Assembly (NCBI RefSeq): GCF_006345805.1
Contig: NC_043002.1
Coordinates: 45,632,001 to 45,696,000, forward strand
DNA length: 64,000 nucleotides
Reading direction: 5' to 3'
From: Octopus sinensis
Taxonomy: Eukaryota
The notes beneath the pieces were generated by a model. That model saw only the letters and a program-made list of their open reading frames with translations, was not told where the DNA came from and did not search any database. Of the stretch, positions 49,626-60,799 are shown in pieces; position 1 is the first letter of the stretch; each line of letters begins with the position of its first letter. A program made the position numbers and the translations under genes.

Positions 49626-52509
49626 GGGCAAATCGAAGTGAAGTTGATACCCCCGTCAACGATGCTATCTCTGATACCCCTTATTCTGCTTGTTCCCCAA
49701 CTCCCGCCCCTCAGACTTCACAGCTCAGCATCGTCTACACCAACTCGTGCTCCTTATTCCCAAAGTTCAGTGAACTATTTACACTGGCCATACGTGACTC
49801 CCCTGATGTGATAGCTATCACCGAGACTTGGCTGACTCCAGCAGTAAAGGACTCAGAAATCCACCTGCAGGGCTACGTCCTTTTCAGATGTGACAGAGGA
49901 AAAAGGCGAGGCGGAGGTGTTGCTGTGTATGTTAAGTCTGAGCACAAACCGTCCAGCGGTATTCTACCCACTAATGCTCAACCTACAACAAAATTCGATG
50001 CCGTCTATTGCAAGCTGAGCCTATCTGAGTTTTGCCTGCCCGTGTTGGCTGTCTACAGGCCACCTCTTGCCGACCCCCAAGACGATGCTCATTTACTCGA
50101 AGCGATAAGATTCGTTTCAGCTTCGCATGACTGTTTGGTACTAGGAGACTTCAACGCTCCCACGATCGATTGGCCCGCATCAATTTGTACAACATCTTCC
50201 CGGTTTGGCCAGGCCCTTCTTGACGTGGCTGAAGATTGTTTTCTATCGCAACATGTTGAATATCCGACAAGGCATCGGTCTGGGCAGCAGCCATCTATGC
50301 TAGATCTGGTATTCTCCCGCCATCCAAGATCAGTGTCAGACGTATCTGTGTGCGCCCCTCTTGCCAAGAGTGATCATGCGGTCCTGAAGTTCGTCATGCA
50401 CACAACTTTTTCTACGCCCACGACTACTTCGCTGCCACGTAGAGTCTTCTCTGCAATTAATCTTGAAATTCTAACCGAGGCTTCCGCGCTTCTGGACTGG
50501 CGATCCCTGATGACGTTGTCCTCAGTTGACGAACTATGGTCATCCCTCAAGGCATATGTAATCTGTTTGACTGACCAGGCAGTTCCCGTTGGGCTTCCCA
50601 AGAAGAAAAAACACAAGCCCTGGGTGACGAAGAAGGTTAAACGAGAACGTCGACTCAGAGATATTGCTTGGGCTGAATTCAAAAATCTGGATTCGACTGC
50701 AGCTTTTGAGGTGTACAAAACTCAACGAGACCGAGTCGTGAAAATTGAAAAGAAAGAACGCTTCAGTTATGAATACAAAATCGCGGCAAATGCCAGTAGC
50801 AATCCAAAAACCTTCTTTGCCCATGTCCAGCGGAATTCCCGCTTGAACAACCAGATTGCAACGTTATAGACTCAACAGGCGTATCGATTGAGGACCCTTA
50901 TCAACAGAGTCAATTATTTGCCGAGGATTTTTCAACTATTTTCAAACAAGATGATGGTCGTGAACCCCCTCCATTTGATAGATCGGTACCTCCAATGCTT
51001 CGATTGGTCATCACGCGGGACGAAGTTAAACGTGTTATTCAAGGCCTCGATGTCAACAAGGGTCACGGCCCTGACGGCATACACCCACGGGTTATCAAAG
51101 CGTTGGCTCCGGTCATCTGCGAGCCCTTAACACGACTATTCAATATGTCATTGGCGACGGGTGTTATACCTGCAGACTGGAGAACAGCGATAATCTGCCC
51201 AATTTTCAAGAAAGGGAGCCGCGAAGACCCGCTTAACTACCGACCGGTTTCCCTTACATCAATAATCAGCAAGATGTTCGAAACCATCCTTAAGAAAAGT
51301 ATGATGCTCCACCTCCTAAAAACAGCCTCTATCTCTGATTCCCAACACGGCTTCGTGCCGAAGAGATCATGCTTGACCAACTTACTAGTAATGGAAGAAT
51401 TGGTGACGCGCATCCTCGATGATAGTGATGCTGTTGACATCGTTTTATTGGACTTTGCCAAAGCTTTTGACTCGGTAAACCACCGCCTATTACTTGTCAA
51501 GCTTCAAGCATATAGTTTCCATCCGGATATTGTACAATGGGTTGGTGCCTCCCTCTCAGATCGCTCCTTCCAAGTCCAAGTTAATGGTTCGCGGTCCGAC
51601 GTCTCCAGTGCGAGCAGTGGCGTGCCTCAAGGTTCAGTGCTTGGGCCCTTGTTGTTCTTAGTCTTCATAAATGACTTGCCCGACGACCTCAAGCAACACA
51701 CCCTTCTATTTGCCGACGATATCAAACTGGTCGCTCCTCGCGGTAATATAGAGGATCTTCGTCGATGCCTCCACCAAATTTGGAAGTGGTCTAACGATTG
51801 GGACCTGTGTCTGAACGTGTCAAAGTGCTGTCATCTGCCTGTCGGCTCTACTCCTGCAACTCAACTTGATTTCGAGCCGGGTCGTCTGCTGCTGGAGAGG
51901 ACCGATCAGGTAAAGGACCTGGGTATCTTGGTGGATTCCTCCTTTTCGCCTTCGGCCCAGTGCGTCCATGCTGCCAACAAAGCACGCGGAATTCTGTTCT
52001 TGATTCGACGGTCATTCGGAATGCTCACAGCAGCCATATTCCTACCACTCTATGTCACGCTGGTGAGACCCATATTGGAGTATGGGATTCAAGCCTCTTC
52101 TCCTTATCTCCTCAAAGACATACAGCATCTCGAAAGAGTCCAGAAGCTGGCTACCCGCATGGTTCATGGTCTCAAAAATTTGTCCTACGAAGAAAGGCTG
52201 AGGACGCTTGACCTTTATTCTCTTGAAAAACGCCGCCGCCGTGGTGATCTCATTCTCGCCCACAACATCATAAGCGGAAAGTGTAACCTCTCGAAAGAGC
52301 TGTTCTTCACTCCTGCTCCAGAGCGTCGGCTGCGGGGTCATTCCGAAAAGCTCTACCTGCGACGATTTCATCTCAATCGAAGGAGAGGAGCTTTCTCCGT
52401 CCGGGTTGCGGATTCATGGAACAAGCTGCCAGACGAGATGGTGAAGATGCCGACGACCGCTTTGTTCAAAGCCTCCCTGGACCTCAAGTGGCCTGAACTC
52501 TTTACATGA
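49622..52509 (+). pseudogene. LINE ORF2 (endonuclease + reverse transcriptase) with a single -1 frameshift at about 50866
   Basis: EN motifs ITETWL, LGDFNAP, LDLVF, SDH; RT motifs NYRPVSLTS, DFAKAFDSV, GVPQGSVLGPLLF, LFADDIKL. Restoring one A at TTA(A)TAGAC gives continuous ...IATLIDSTGVSIEDPYQQSQLFAEDFSTIF... Confidence 0.92.
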
Positions 52510-52596
52510 ACACCACCCTGTACTTAACTCCATGTCCCCCTACATGGCCTTGCTATTTGCTTTTGAGCCAAATTAACTAACTAACTAACTAACTAA

Positions 52597-53320
52597 GTAC
52601 AACTGGAATCAATTGGCAGTGGATGTGACATATTACTGGCAGGAGACGTATCTCTTGATGGTCAGCTGTGAACTGGGGTGGATGGCAATACGAAAGGAAA
52701 TCAAAACAGGGAGAGCAGATGAAGTTGTATGAATCCTGAATGAGATATTCCTGGAGCAGGGCTCTGTGGATGAATTGCTAATGGACAATAGTATTGCATT
52801 TCACTCAGAGGTGCTGAAGGAAATGCTTGATGCAGAATGTGAACTGCTTTTTTAGAGTGGTATATAAGTGGAAATGGGATTGTGGAGAGAGACGCCATCA
52901 CATGATGAAGGCTATGATAGAGGGGATAAATCTCACTAACTGAAGCAGTGTTTTGGTATATGTCAACCTGGTAAGGATAGGATGAGGAGTTGGTGTCACA
53001 CATTGTGATATTCAGATATGGAAGACAACATTTGTGTATGGTATCACAGCGACTTGAAGAAGAAAGAGCTGTGAATTCTTGAAATTCTTAGTGGATGGAA
53101 TGCTGCATCATGTCTTGGATGTCCACAGGATCATTGAGTTGTTGTACAACAAAGGAGGAGGGAGTGTGAGCAACACTCCATCTCTGTTGGGGCCACAGAG
53201 AGAGAGAGAGAGAGGGGTGTCTATCCAGGTGGATGGCAGATTTTGATCAACAACTCTCCTGTCAATCTATCTCTCTTTGTATATTTACCATACTCTTTTT
53301 TGACACTCACTCTCATGCAT
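52597..53320 (+). mobile_element. Gypsy integrase remainder, polypurine tract and probable 3' LTR
   Basis: WNQLAVDVT...GNGIVER remnants; PPT aaaggaggagggag (53151-53164) is followed immediately by TG at 53165. The LTR end is approximate and no matching 5' LTR was recognised. Confidence 0.6.
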
Positions 53321-54093
53321 AGCTTTTGTTTAAAATTGCATCTTTTGATGTTTACTTTCATTTTATGATACACAGTTTATCAAGTACAGAATGCTAAGCT
53401 TTCAAAGCCTGTTCTCTGATTGGGTAAAAATGATCATACTTTAAACGTCTGTAACATTCTTCAACGGGAAAAAGTACATAAATATACCAAATTTGAAAAT
53501 TTTCACTTATTTATAAAATTTCAAAACCTGTAACAGTATCAGAAAAGATCTTTCTTTCTCTCTCTATTTGTCTGTTTCATTTTCTCACGGCAAACTTTCT
53601 CACTCTCTATAAAAATATATCGCAGAAGAAGGGATTATAATGTTGATCACCGATTTCCAAAATTTTTTTTTAACCTTCAAGGTTCTCCCTTCGTTTTTAA
53701 GCGTGTAGGAAAAAAAAAAACAACAAAAAAAGAACAAGTATTCTTTCGATAAAATAAGCCATAATCGGTGTTGAGTTTGAAAAAAATTATAAATTTTTCA
53801 AAATGTCTTTTGTGACCGAAAAGGCGCTTCTCACTGTTTTTAAATGCGTAGTGCAAAAATAAAAAAAAATAACGGACAAAATCGGTTCGGAAGGGAAGAG
53901 AAGACGTTCATAAATTTTCAAAAAAGTTTTCATAAAAAGCTTCATTTGAAAAGGTGTGGTGAAACAAAAATTGAAAAATCTTCGTCAAAACGGAGAAAAT
54001 ACAACTTATGTGGGTGTGTTTTTCCGATAGTCTGCCAAGACATTCTATTGTGAAAATTATCCTACGACGACGGAATACTCAGCCAGTGTGTGT

Positions 54094-54330
54094 ATATATA
54101 TAAAGTTAGATAAAGTCGGTTTATGGGTTTACCCATAAAGTGTACATAAAACGCTAAGTTTTACAGCGTATCATTAGATCCCAAACCTGTTGGCTTATGG
54201 CCAGGTGATCCCAAACCTGTTGGCTTATGGCCAGGTTTGGGATCTGATGATACGAAGTAAAGTTAAGAGCTTTATGGACGTGAAACTCAGGGTAATCTCA
54301 TAAACCGGCTTTATCTAACTTTATTTATAT
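54094..54330. mobile_element. Fold-back (palindromic) MITE-like element with a perfect 30-nt internal tandem duplication
   Basis: Outer arms ATAAAGTTAGATAAAGTCGGTTTATG / CATAAACCGGCTTTATCTAACTTTAT; inner arms GATCCCAAACCTG / CAGGTTTGGGATC; GATCCCAAACCTGTTGGCTTATGGCCAGGT repeated at 54177-54206 and 54207-54236. Confidence 0.85.
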
Positions 54331-54334
54331 AATA

Positions 54335-55001
54335 TATTGCTCTATAGCTTAGAGTGTGCTTCTTTTTCGGATTTATGTTTCACCGACGATATATGTGTGT
54401 GCGCGCGCGAAAATATAAACAAGACTTTTGGATTAAAAAAAACAACCGTAATTCCAATTTCAAACCCGTTAATACCTGTTATGAAAAACACGAATAATAA
54501 AGAATCTATGGAAAAACCACCCTTTTCCTTCTCGTTAGTGTTGATAGCTATTCTAAAACCCAGTCTAATTATATTATTCCTCATAAACGGTTTCAATAGT
54601 TTTAACAGAAAGATTAGGAAGAATTAGATGAAAGTTCTCCGGTAATTTTCCTTCATGTAAATAAATGATTACAGATTGTATTATATTATATTTTGTGCGT
54701 GTGGGTGGGTAGCTTTTTATAGCGATATATTTTAAAAGAACCGCTTGCGCCACCAAAAATTAACATTTTTCCCAGCTGTTTAAACTTTTTTAACCTAATT
54801 TAATCTGTGACATCACACTTGCCCGGATAGGGAAGTACTTTATAACTTTTATGATAATCGTAGATATTGTATATTTATTTTCTTTATCGTCTCCCGTCTC
54901 GCATATAGTGTGACAAAAACGGATGTTAAAGAGGAGTGGATTTTATCGGAGTTAAGAAGTACAGTTCTATAGTTTTGGTTTTCAATCACGATCATACGGT
55001 G
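54335..55001 (+). promoter_or_regulatory. Probable MyD88 promoter / 5' UTR
   Basis: Non-repetitive sequence directly upstream of the ATG, visibly richer in CpG than most of the window (e.g. gtgcgcgcgcgaaa, cttgcgccacc). The TSS cannot be located from sequence alone. Confidence 0.5.
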
Positions 55002-55365
55002 ATGGCTTTTGAAGAAAGTTACGATAAGTGGAAAAAGATGTTTAACTGGACAGAAACACAGTGTGATTATCCATTGCAAAACGTTTTGCGTGTGTCCTCC
55101 AGGAAACAACTTGCTAGACATATAAACATAAAAAGCGAAATTCTCAGTCATAACGGACAATGTCCCGATTTTCGTGGTTTGGCAGAATTGATTGGATTTG
55201 ATTATCTTGATGTTAAGCAGTTTGAGACAGCTTCCGATCCAACTTCGGTCTTGCTGGACGAGTGGAATTCTACTTTCCATACAACTGCCACGATGGGCAA
55301 GTTGTGTGATTATTTAGAATACTTGGGACGCGTAGACTGTCTTCAAGACTGTCAAAAATGTTTTC
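55002..55365 (+). CDS. MYD88: MyD88 homolog, first coding exon (death domain)
   Basis: ATG at 55002 to donor C|gtaagt (phase 1). RKQLARHIN..DFRGLAELIGFDYLDVKQFETASDPTSVLLDEW..ATMGKLCDYLEYLGRVDCL aligns by eye with human MyD88 [61 protein letters not shown]. No downstream TIR exon was found in the window. Confidence 0.92.
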
Positions 55366-56445
55366 GTAAGTTCAGTAACATATTTATTTACTCTCTCTCT
55401 CTCTCTCCTTAAGGACACCTGTTGTGAGGGCTAAGACAACAGAATACTAGTTCAAATGCGTTGCTTATTTAGCTTTGCGTTCAAATCCCACGTGGTCGAT
55501 TTTGCTTTTCTCTCTTCGAAAAAATTAGAACTAATGTCGAGGTGAACAGTAGATTACATCCGTCAACAAATTTATTCTTTTAACTTAAATCAAAAAGAAA
55601 TTCCTGTTTGATTCATTTATATATCAAATTTATCAAGATTTCTTGTTATTCTTTTCACATCAAATGTTAATATTTGACTGGTATTTTATCATTATACGCA
55701 TAATTTTTATTATTGGTATTTATTATCTTTGATTATTTCTGTCGCAGTGCCTGATTATCAGAATCGTTAGAGCATCTAACAAAAATGCCTCTCAGTATTT
55801 TGTTACCATACTTAAACTTTTCTGGGTTCAAATACCGCCGCAGTCTTTTATAATTTCGAATTCGATAAAAACAAAATCTGTGAATTGCTGGGGTCGATAC
55901 ATATTCCTATCATGCATTGTTAAATGCGAATTGAATTATAAGAGAACAACAGTAATTAGATATTAGCCGGGGAAATGATGAAGTCATTCTTATTGAGATT
56001 TGAAATCACTTATGTAAGAGGACAAAACTATTATAAAGGTTTTGCTTGAAATTTTAGACAGCTCACAGTGAGCTTCTCTAATTTCCTTGAAATTTTCATT
56101 ACCTTAGTCATAGTTTCTCGCCCTTTGAGGTCAATGAGTTAGTTGGAGACCTTGAAAGGATGAAAAGTAAAGTTGAGCTCAAAATATAAAGAACCAAGAA
56201 CAAATTCCACAAAGTAATTTTTCTATGTCCTTCCGCTGCTTTTGGTATCAACCTGCCTAAAACTGCCTTTAATTTACAGTTTTAAAGTGGTCAAAATTTC
56301 ATTTTAATTCATGTTCCAAACACCTGCTTAATAATGACAAAGTTATTTTAATAAATTCTTCATTATTTCCAAAATTAATTGAAACAAAGGCAGGATATTT
56401 TTCAACAGAAATATAGTAACAAAAGGTTTAATAGTTAATGATAGT

Positions 56446-56922
56446 AAGGCAGCGAGCTGGCAGAAACGTTAGCACGCAGTGCGAAATGCTAAGCGGTTTT
56501 TCGTCTGCCGTTACGTTCTGTCTGTCCTTGTTTGTCCCCTCTGTGTTTAGCCCCTTGTGGGTAGTAAAGAAATAGGTATTTCGTCTGCCGTTACATTCTG
56601 AGTTCAAATTCCGCCGAGGTCGACTTTGCCTTTCATCCTTTCGGGGTCGATAAATTAAGTACCAGTTACGCATTGGGGTCGATGTAATCGACTTAATACC
56701 TGTCTGTCCTTGTTTGTCCCCTCTATGTTTAGCCCCTTGTGGGTAATAAAGAAATAGGTATTTCGTCTGTCTTTATGTTCTGAGTTCAAATTCCGCCGAG
56801 ATCGAATTTGCCTTTCACCCTTTCGTGGTCGATAAATTAAGTACCAGTTTCGTACTGGGGTCGATCTAATCGACTGGCCACCCTTCCCCAAAATTTCGGG
56901 CATTGTGTCTAGAGTAGAAAAG
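56446..56922 (+). mobile_element. Same SINE family as 46729, three-module copy with a 16-bp TSD, in MyD88 intron 1
   Basis: TSD AATAGTTAATGATAGT at 56430-56445 and 56923-56938; modules begin at about 56496 (internally deleted), 56578 and 56760 (182-bp period). Confidence 0.9.
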
Positions 56923-57523
56923 AATAGTTAATGATAGTGATGATGCCTTTACTTATTAGATATGAAATCTTGCGTTTATGTAAAACATTTATGTAAAATA
57001 TACCAGTACCTTCCTAGTTCCTATAAGCATTTTAAGGAGTCTCCCCCCCCCTTCGCCCATAAAGTATATGGGAAATAAATATTTTTTTTTTACTTTGGGA
57101 GTCAGCTTATATTAGTACATACTACCAACAACTGAGTGGAGTGAAGACTGTAGAATTTGATGGATGAAAGGAATTTGGAAATTGTAATTTTATCCCATTG
57201 GGTTAGTAACAGTTGAGAGAAAGAATTTCTGAAATTGCTTGTATGCAGGGGTGGGTGAGATGATAAAGTTTGTGCTAACATTTAATGCAGTGAAAATTAA
57301 AAGGCTAAGAGACAATTTATGTTGTGAGTAAAAGACAATATTTAATCAACGACTACTATTTAAATTAATTCAGGAAGAATGGGACACAACTTTAGAGAAA
57401 TTTTGATCAGTTTTACTCTGCAAAGCATAGAATTGATTTTATTGGCCAGTATAGTCTATCTGAAAGAGAAATTACTGTTAAGAAATTACTTTGCATGAAA
57501 AACAGTAGTACTTGTCACACAAG

Positions 57524-59274
57524 TTAACCCTTGGTCTACCAGAGAAAATGTATGTCACTAATTATCAACTGGGTCCAGTGGACCCAATATTTTTCTTTTA
57601 ATTAAATTTTATTCAAACTAATACTATTTCCTAGCTACATTATATATGCTATCAGGTGAATGAAGAATTACTGTTTCTCACAGATTTTAATACTAAAATA
57701 CATCTTACAGAATATATTAAAAATTTTTTAAATTACAAAAATACAGAATTACAGCTCTTCATGGCAGTGAATGCAGACAACATTAGAATGTTCTTGGCAA
57801 ACATAGATATTACAATTCTTACATGTAGTATGAGTTTTCCTGTCTTTTTTGGGGGGTGGGGGTGTCACACAATGAACATCTCCATTTTTTCTTTGGCTGA
57901 GGTTGAAGATTGTCTTCTTTTCTTGTTTGGTTGAGAAATGTTAGCAGAACTAGAAGATTGTTTGTCATGTTCTTGTTCAGCATTAACTCCAGCAAGTTCC
58001 TTTCCTAACTGAATTAGGCACTGCCTTCTTTTATCCTTGAAATTTTGCAAGTGAAACTGTTTAGCAACAATGAAAGCATTCACTGCACTTATATCAATCA
58101 TATTGTAGAATATAACCATAGGTCGTCTTTGGATCATTCTCTTGCAAGTGTATGTTCTTACCATCTTATCTCGGGTATCTACTCCTCCTTTTGTTTTGTT
58201 GTAACGTAATGACTTCAGGTTTCTTTTCAGCACTTTTTGGATCAATTGAAGGCTGAGAGGGCATTGTACTCATAAGTGTGACTACATAATTTTTCTTGGG
58301 ACAGTACGATAGGATCATAGAATCCTTTTGAAATCCAAATATTGGGCTGTTGTTTTCTTTTCCTTTTCCATTTGTGAAAGCACCTGGAAGTTCAACCATA
58401 TTCTTTCTAATTGTTCCAATTAAAGTAGGTTTCTTGCTAAGCAGCTTTCAAGCCAATCTTAGACTTGTAAAAAAATTATCACAAGTTATATTACGACCAG
58501 TATTTTCAAGTTCTTTTACTTGATCTTCAACAACTCTTGAACCTTGATTTGTCTCTCTCCCTTTTACTGGGTCTTTTCCAGTGTAGATTTTGCCTTTTCC
58601 AGGCATAAGAGGTTTCATTGTCACATATTGCCCAAATTTTAATTCCAGATTTCCCTGGTTTTGAAGGAATATATACTCGGAATGGGCAACGCCCTCTGAA
58701 AGAAACTAATTGTTCATTAACTGACATGCATGAACTTGAAACACATCCATCTAGCAAATTCTGGTTCCACATTTCAAATACTTCTCTCACGGGCTCCAAT
58801 TTATCATCACTTCTCTTTTTCCTTCTTGCACTAGCATCATCAAAACACAATGCTTGTAAAATCTGTTGAAATCTTCTCCGGCTCATAATTTTGTTGAATA
58901 TTGGGCGGCCATCTTCTTGACTCCATAACTGTGTGACATTTTCATGTTTAGAATTATAAACACCTATAAGAATAATCAGTCCAGTAAATTTCTTTAGTTC
59001 AGAGTGATCAATTTCCTTCCATTTATCTTTGTATACAACTTGACCATCAACATTTGTCCATTTACGAATTACTTGAAGAAGATTCTGGCTTATAAAGATA
59101 GTAAAACATGTTTCAATGGTATTGCAAGACCTTTTAGAAAAATGGGATTGTTCACATTCTTGACACACAATATTGCAAGACGAAGAAGACATGGTGATCC
59201 AAGGGCCACAGTATTCAATGTGCACACATTTTGCTAAGATTGTGCACATTTAGGAAATATTTAGCTCTCGTTAA
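57524..59274 (-). mobile_element. piggyBac (PGBD4-like) transposon remnant in MyD88 intron 1
   Basis: TTAA-CCCTT end at 57524; minus-strand MSRRRFQQI..SVNEQLVSFRGRCPFRVYIPSKPGK, CDNFFTS and YNKTKGGVDTRD; frameshifts near 58560 and 58220. The other end is uncertain. Confidence 0.88.
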
Positions 59275-59756
59275 TATGTTTGACTTAAGTGGTAGAAATT
59301 TTTTGACATTTTGGTTTCATATGTAGAATAGAAAAATGTGTTTTGGGTTTTATTTTAGTCACTCAACTGTTGTAGATTCTCAGGAAACTTGCTTTGCAAC
59401 CAAGATGGTTGTGAGTTCAGTCCTGCACAGCACCTTGGACAAACGTTTTCTACTATTGTTCCAAGCTGACCAATGCCTTGTAATTGAATTTGGTTGATGG
59501 AAGCCCATTGTGTGTGTGTTTGCATTTGTATCCCACCACCACTTGACAACTGGTGTTGGTTTGTTTACATCGTCATAGCATAGGAGTTCAGCAAAAGAGA
59601 CTGAAAGAATAAGTACCAGATGAAAAAAGTGTGTAACGAGGTTGAATTTGTTTGAATAAATCCATTATGGCAGTGCCCCGGCATGGCCACAGTCCTATGA
59701 GTGAAACAAGTAGAAAAAAAAAGTTAAATGTTGCTTCAACTTTTTTTAATATATAT

Positions 59757-60123
59757 CAATCAAAATCGAAATCAAAATCGATCAACATCAATGGAAATTG
59801 TTGCTGTGATACCAGTGCCGGTGGCATGTAAGAGAACCATCCGAACGTGGCCGTTGCCAGCGCCACCCCGACTGGCCTCCGTGTCGGTGACACGTAAAAA
59901 GCACCATCCGATTGTGGCCGTTGCCAGCCTCGTCTGGCACGTAAAAAGCACCCACTACACTCATGGAGTGGCTGGTGTTAGGAAGGGCATCCAGCTGTAG
60001 AAACACTGCCAGATCAGACTGGGCCTGGCGCAGCCTTCTGGCTTCCCAGACCCCAGTTGAACCATCCAACCCATGCTAGCATGGAAAACGGATGTTAAAT
60101 GATGATGATGATGATGATGATGA
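59757..60123 (+). mobile_element. (GAT)n-tailed SINE with 3 internal units of about 60 bp
   Basis: Units GTGCCGGTGGCA..AAAAGCACCATCCGA.CGTGGCCGTTGCCAGC; tail CCATGCTAGCATGGAAAACGGATGTTAAAT(GAT)n. Confidence 0.85.
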
Positions 60124-60169
60124 TATTAATAAAAGCCTTTTAATATATATTGATAAAAAGGCTGTGAGC

Positions 60170-60360
60170 ACACTGGGCAAAATGCCACTAAGCATTTTGT
60201 CCATCTTTACATTCTGAGTTCAAATTCTGTGGCAGTCGACTCTGCCTTTCCTCCTTTAAGGGTTGATAACATGAGTACCAGTTGAACACTGGGGGTTGAT
60301 GTAATTGACTTAACCCTCTCCCCAAAATTGCTGACCTTGTGCCAAAATTTGAAACCAATA
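60170..60360 (+). mobile_element. Diverged monomeric copy of the 46729/56446 SINE family
   Basis: ttacattctgagttcaaattctg..gtcgactctgcctttc..agtaccagttgaacactgggggttgatgtaattgact..ccccaaaatt. Confidence 0.75.
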
Positions 60361-60799
60361 TATACCAATTAGGAAGTTGTATCTATAAGTTCTTCAGTGA
60401 GAATCGTTTGTTTGTTTCTTCCTTCACAAATTATATCTCTCGGTCAATTTTAAAAGGAATATATTTTCACACTCACTGGAAACAGGACTTTTTTTTTAAT
60501 CTCCTGGTTAAAGTGAAACAAAACGAGTTCTGCCGCTCCTCTCTCCTCTATTGTTTGTCTCTGAAAGCAATTTTATGGTTTGATTTAATACCATATTACT
60601 GTTTAGCTGCAGATCGTTTTCTATGGAAACAGACCTATGATTAAAGGCATTCCAACTTTGACCATCCTGTGTAGTTTTCAACTGTAGCATCTTTAAGACT
60701 AAGTAGTACTGAAATGTTTGGATAATTCTTTACTGTATCTTTTATCTTCCTTTTATATGTCAATGTTGTTCACATATGTTGTTCATTGACAGCCATATA

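Larger units (their letters stand above)
48106..52596 (+). mobile_element. Near-intact, 5'-truncated CR1-clade LINE
   Basis: ORF1 remnant, then APE endonuclease plus RT (ORF2), a short 3' UTR and a (TAAC)n tail at 52574-52596. It interrupts the Gypsy integrase (GNI|...|KYNWNQLAVDV). Confidence 0.95.

Noticed and set aside
54849-55280. 143-aa antisense ORF over MyD88 exon 1 (also antisense ORFs over LINE ORF2)
   Set aside because: A shadow of the sense coding sequence, with no recognisable motif or splice context.
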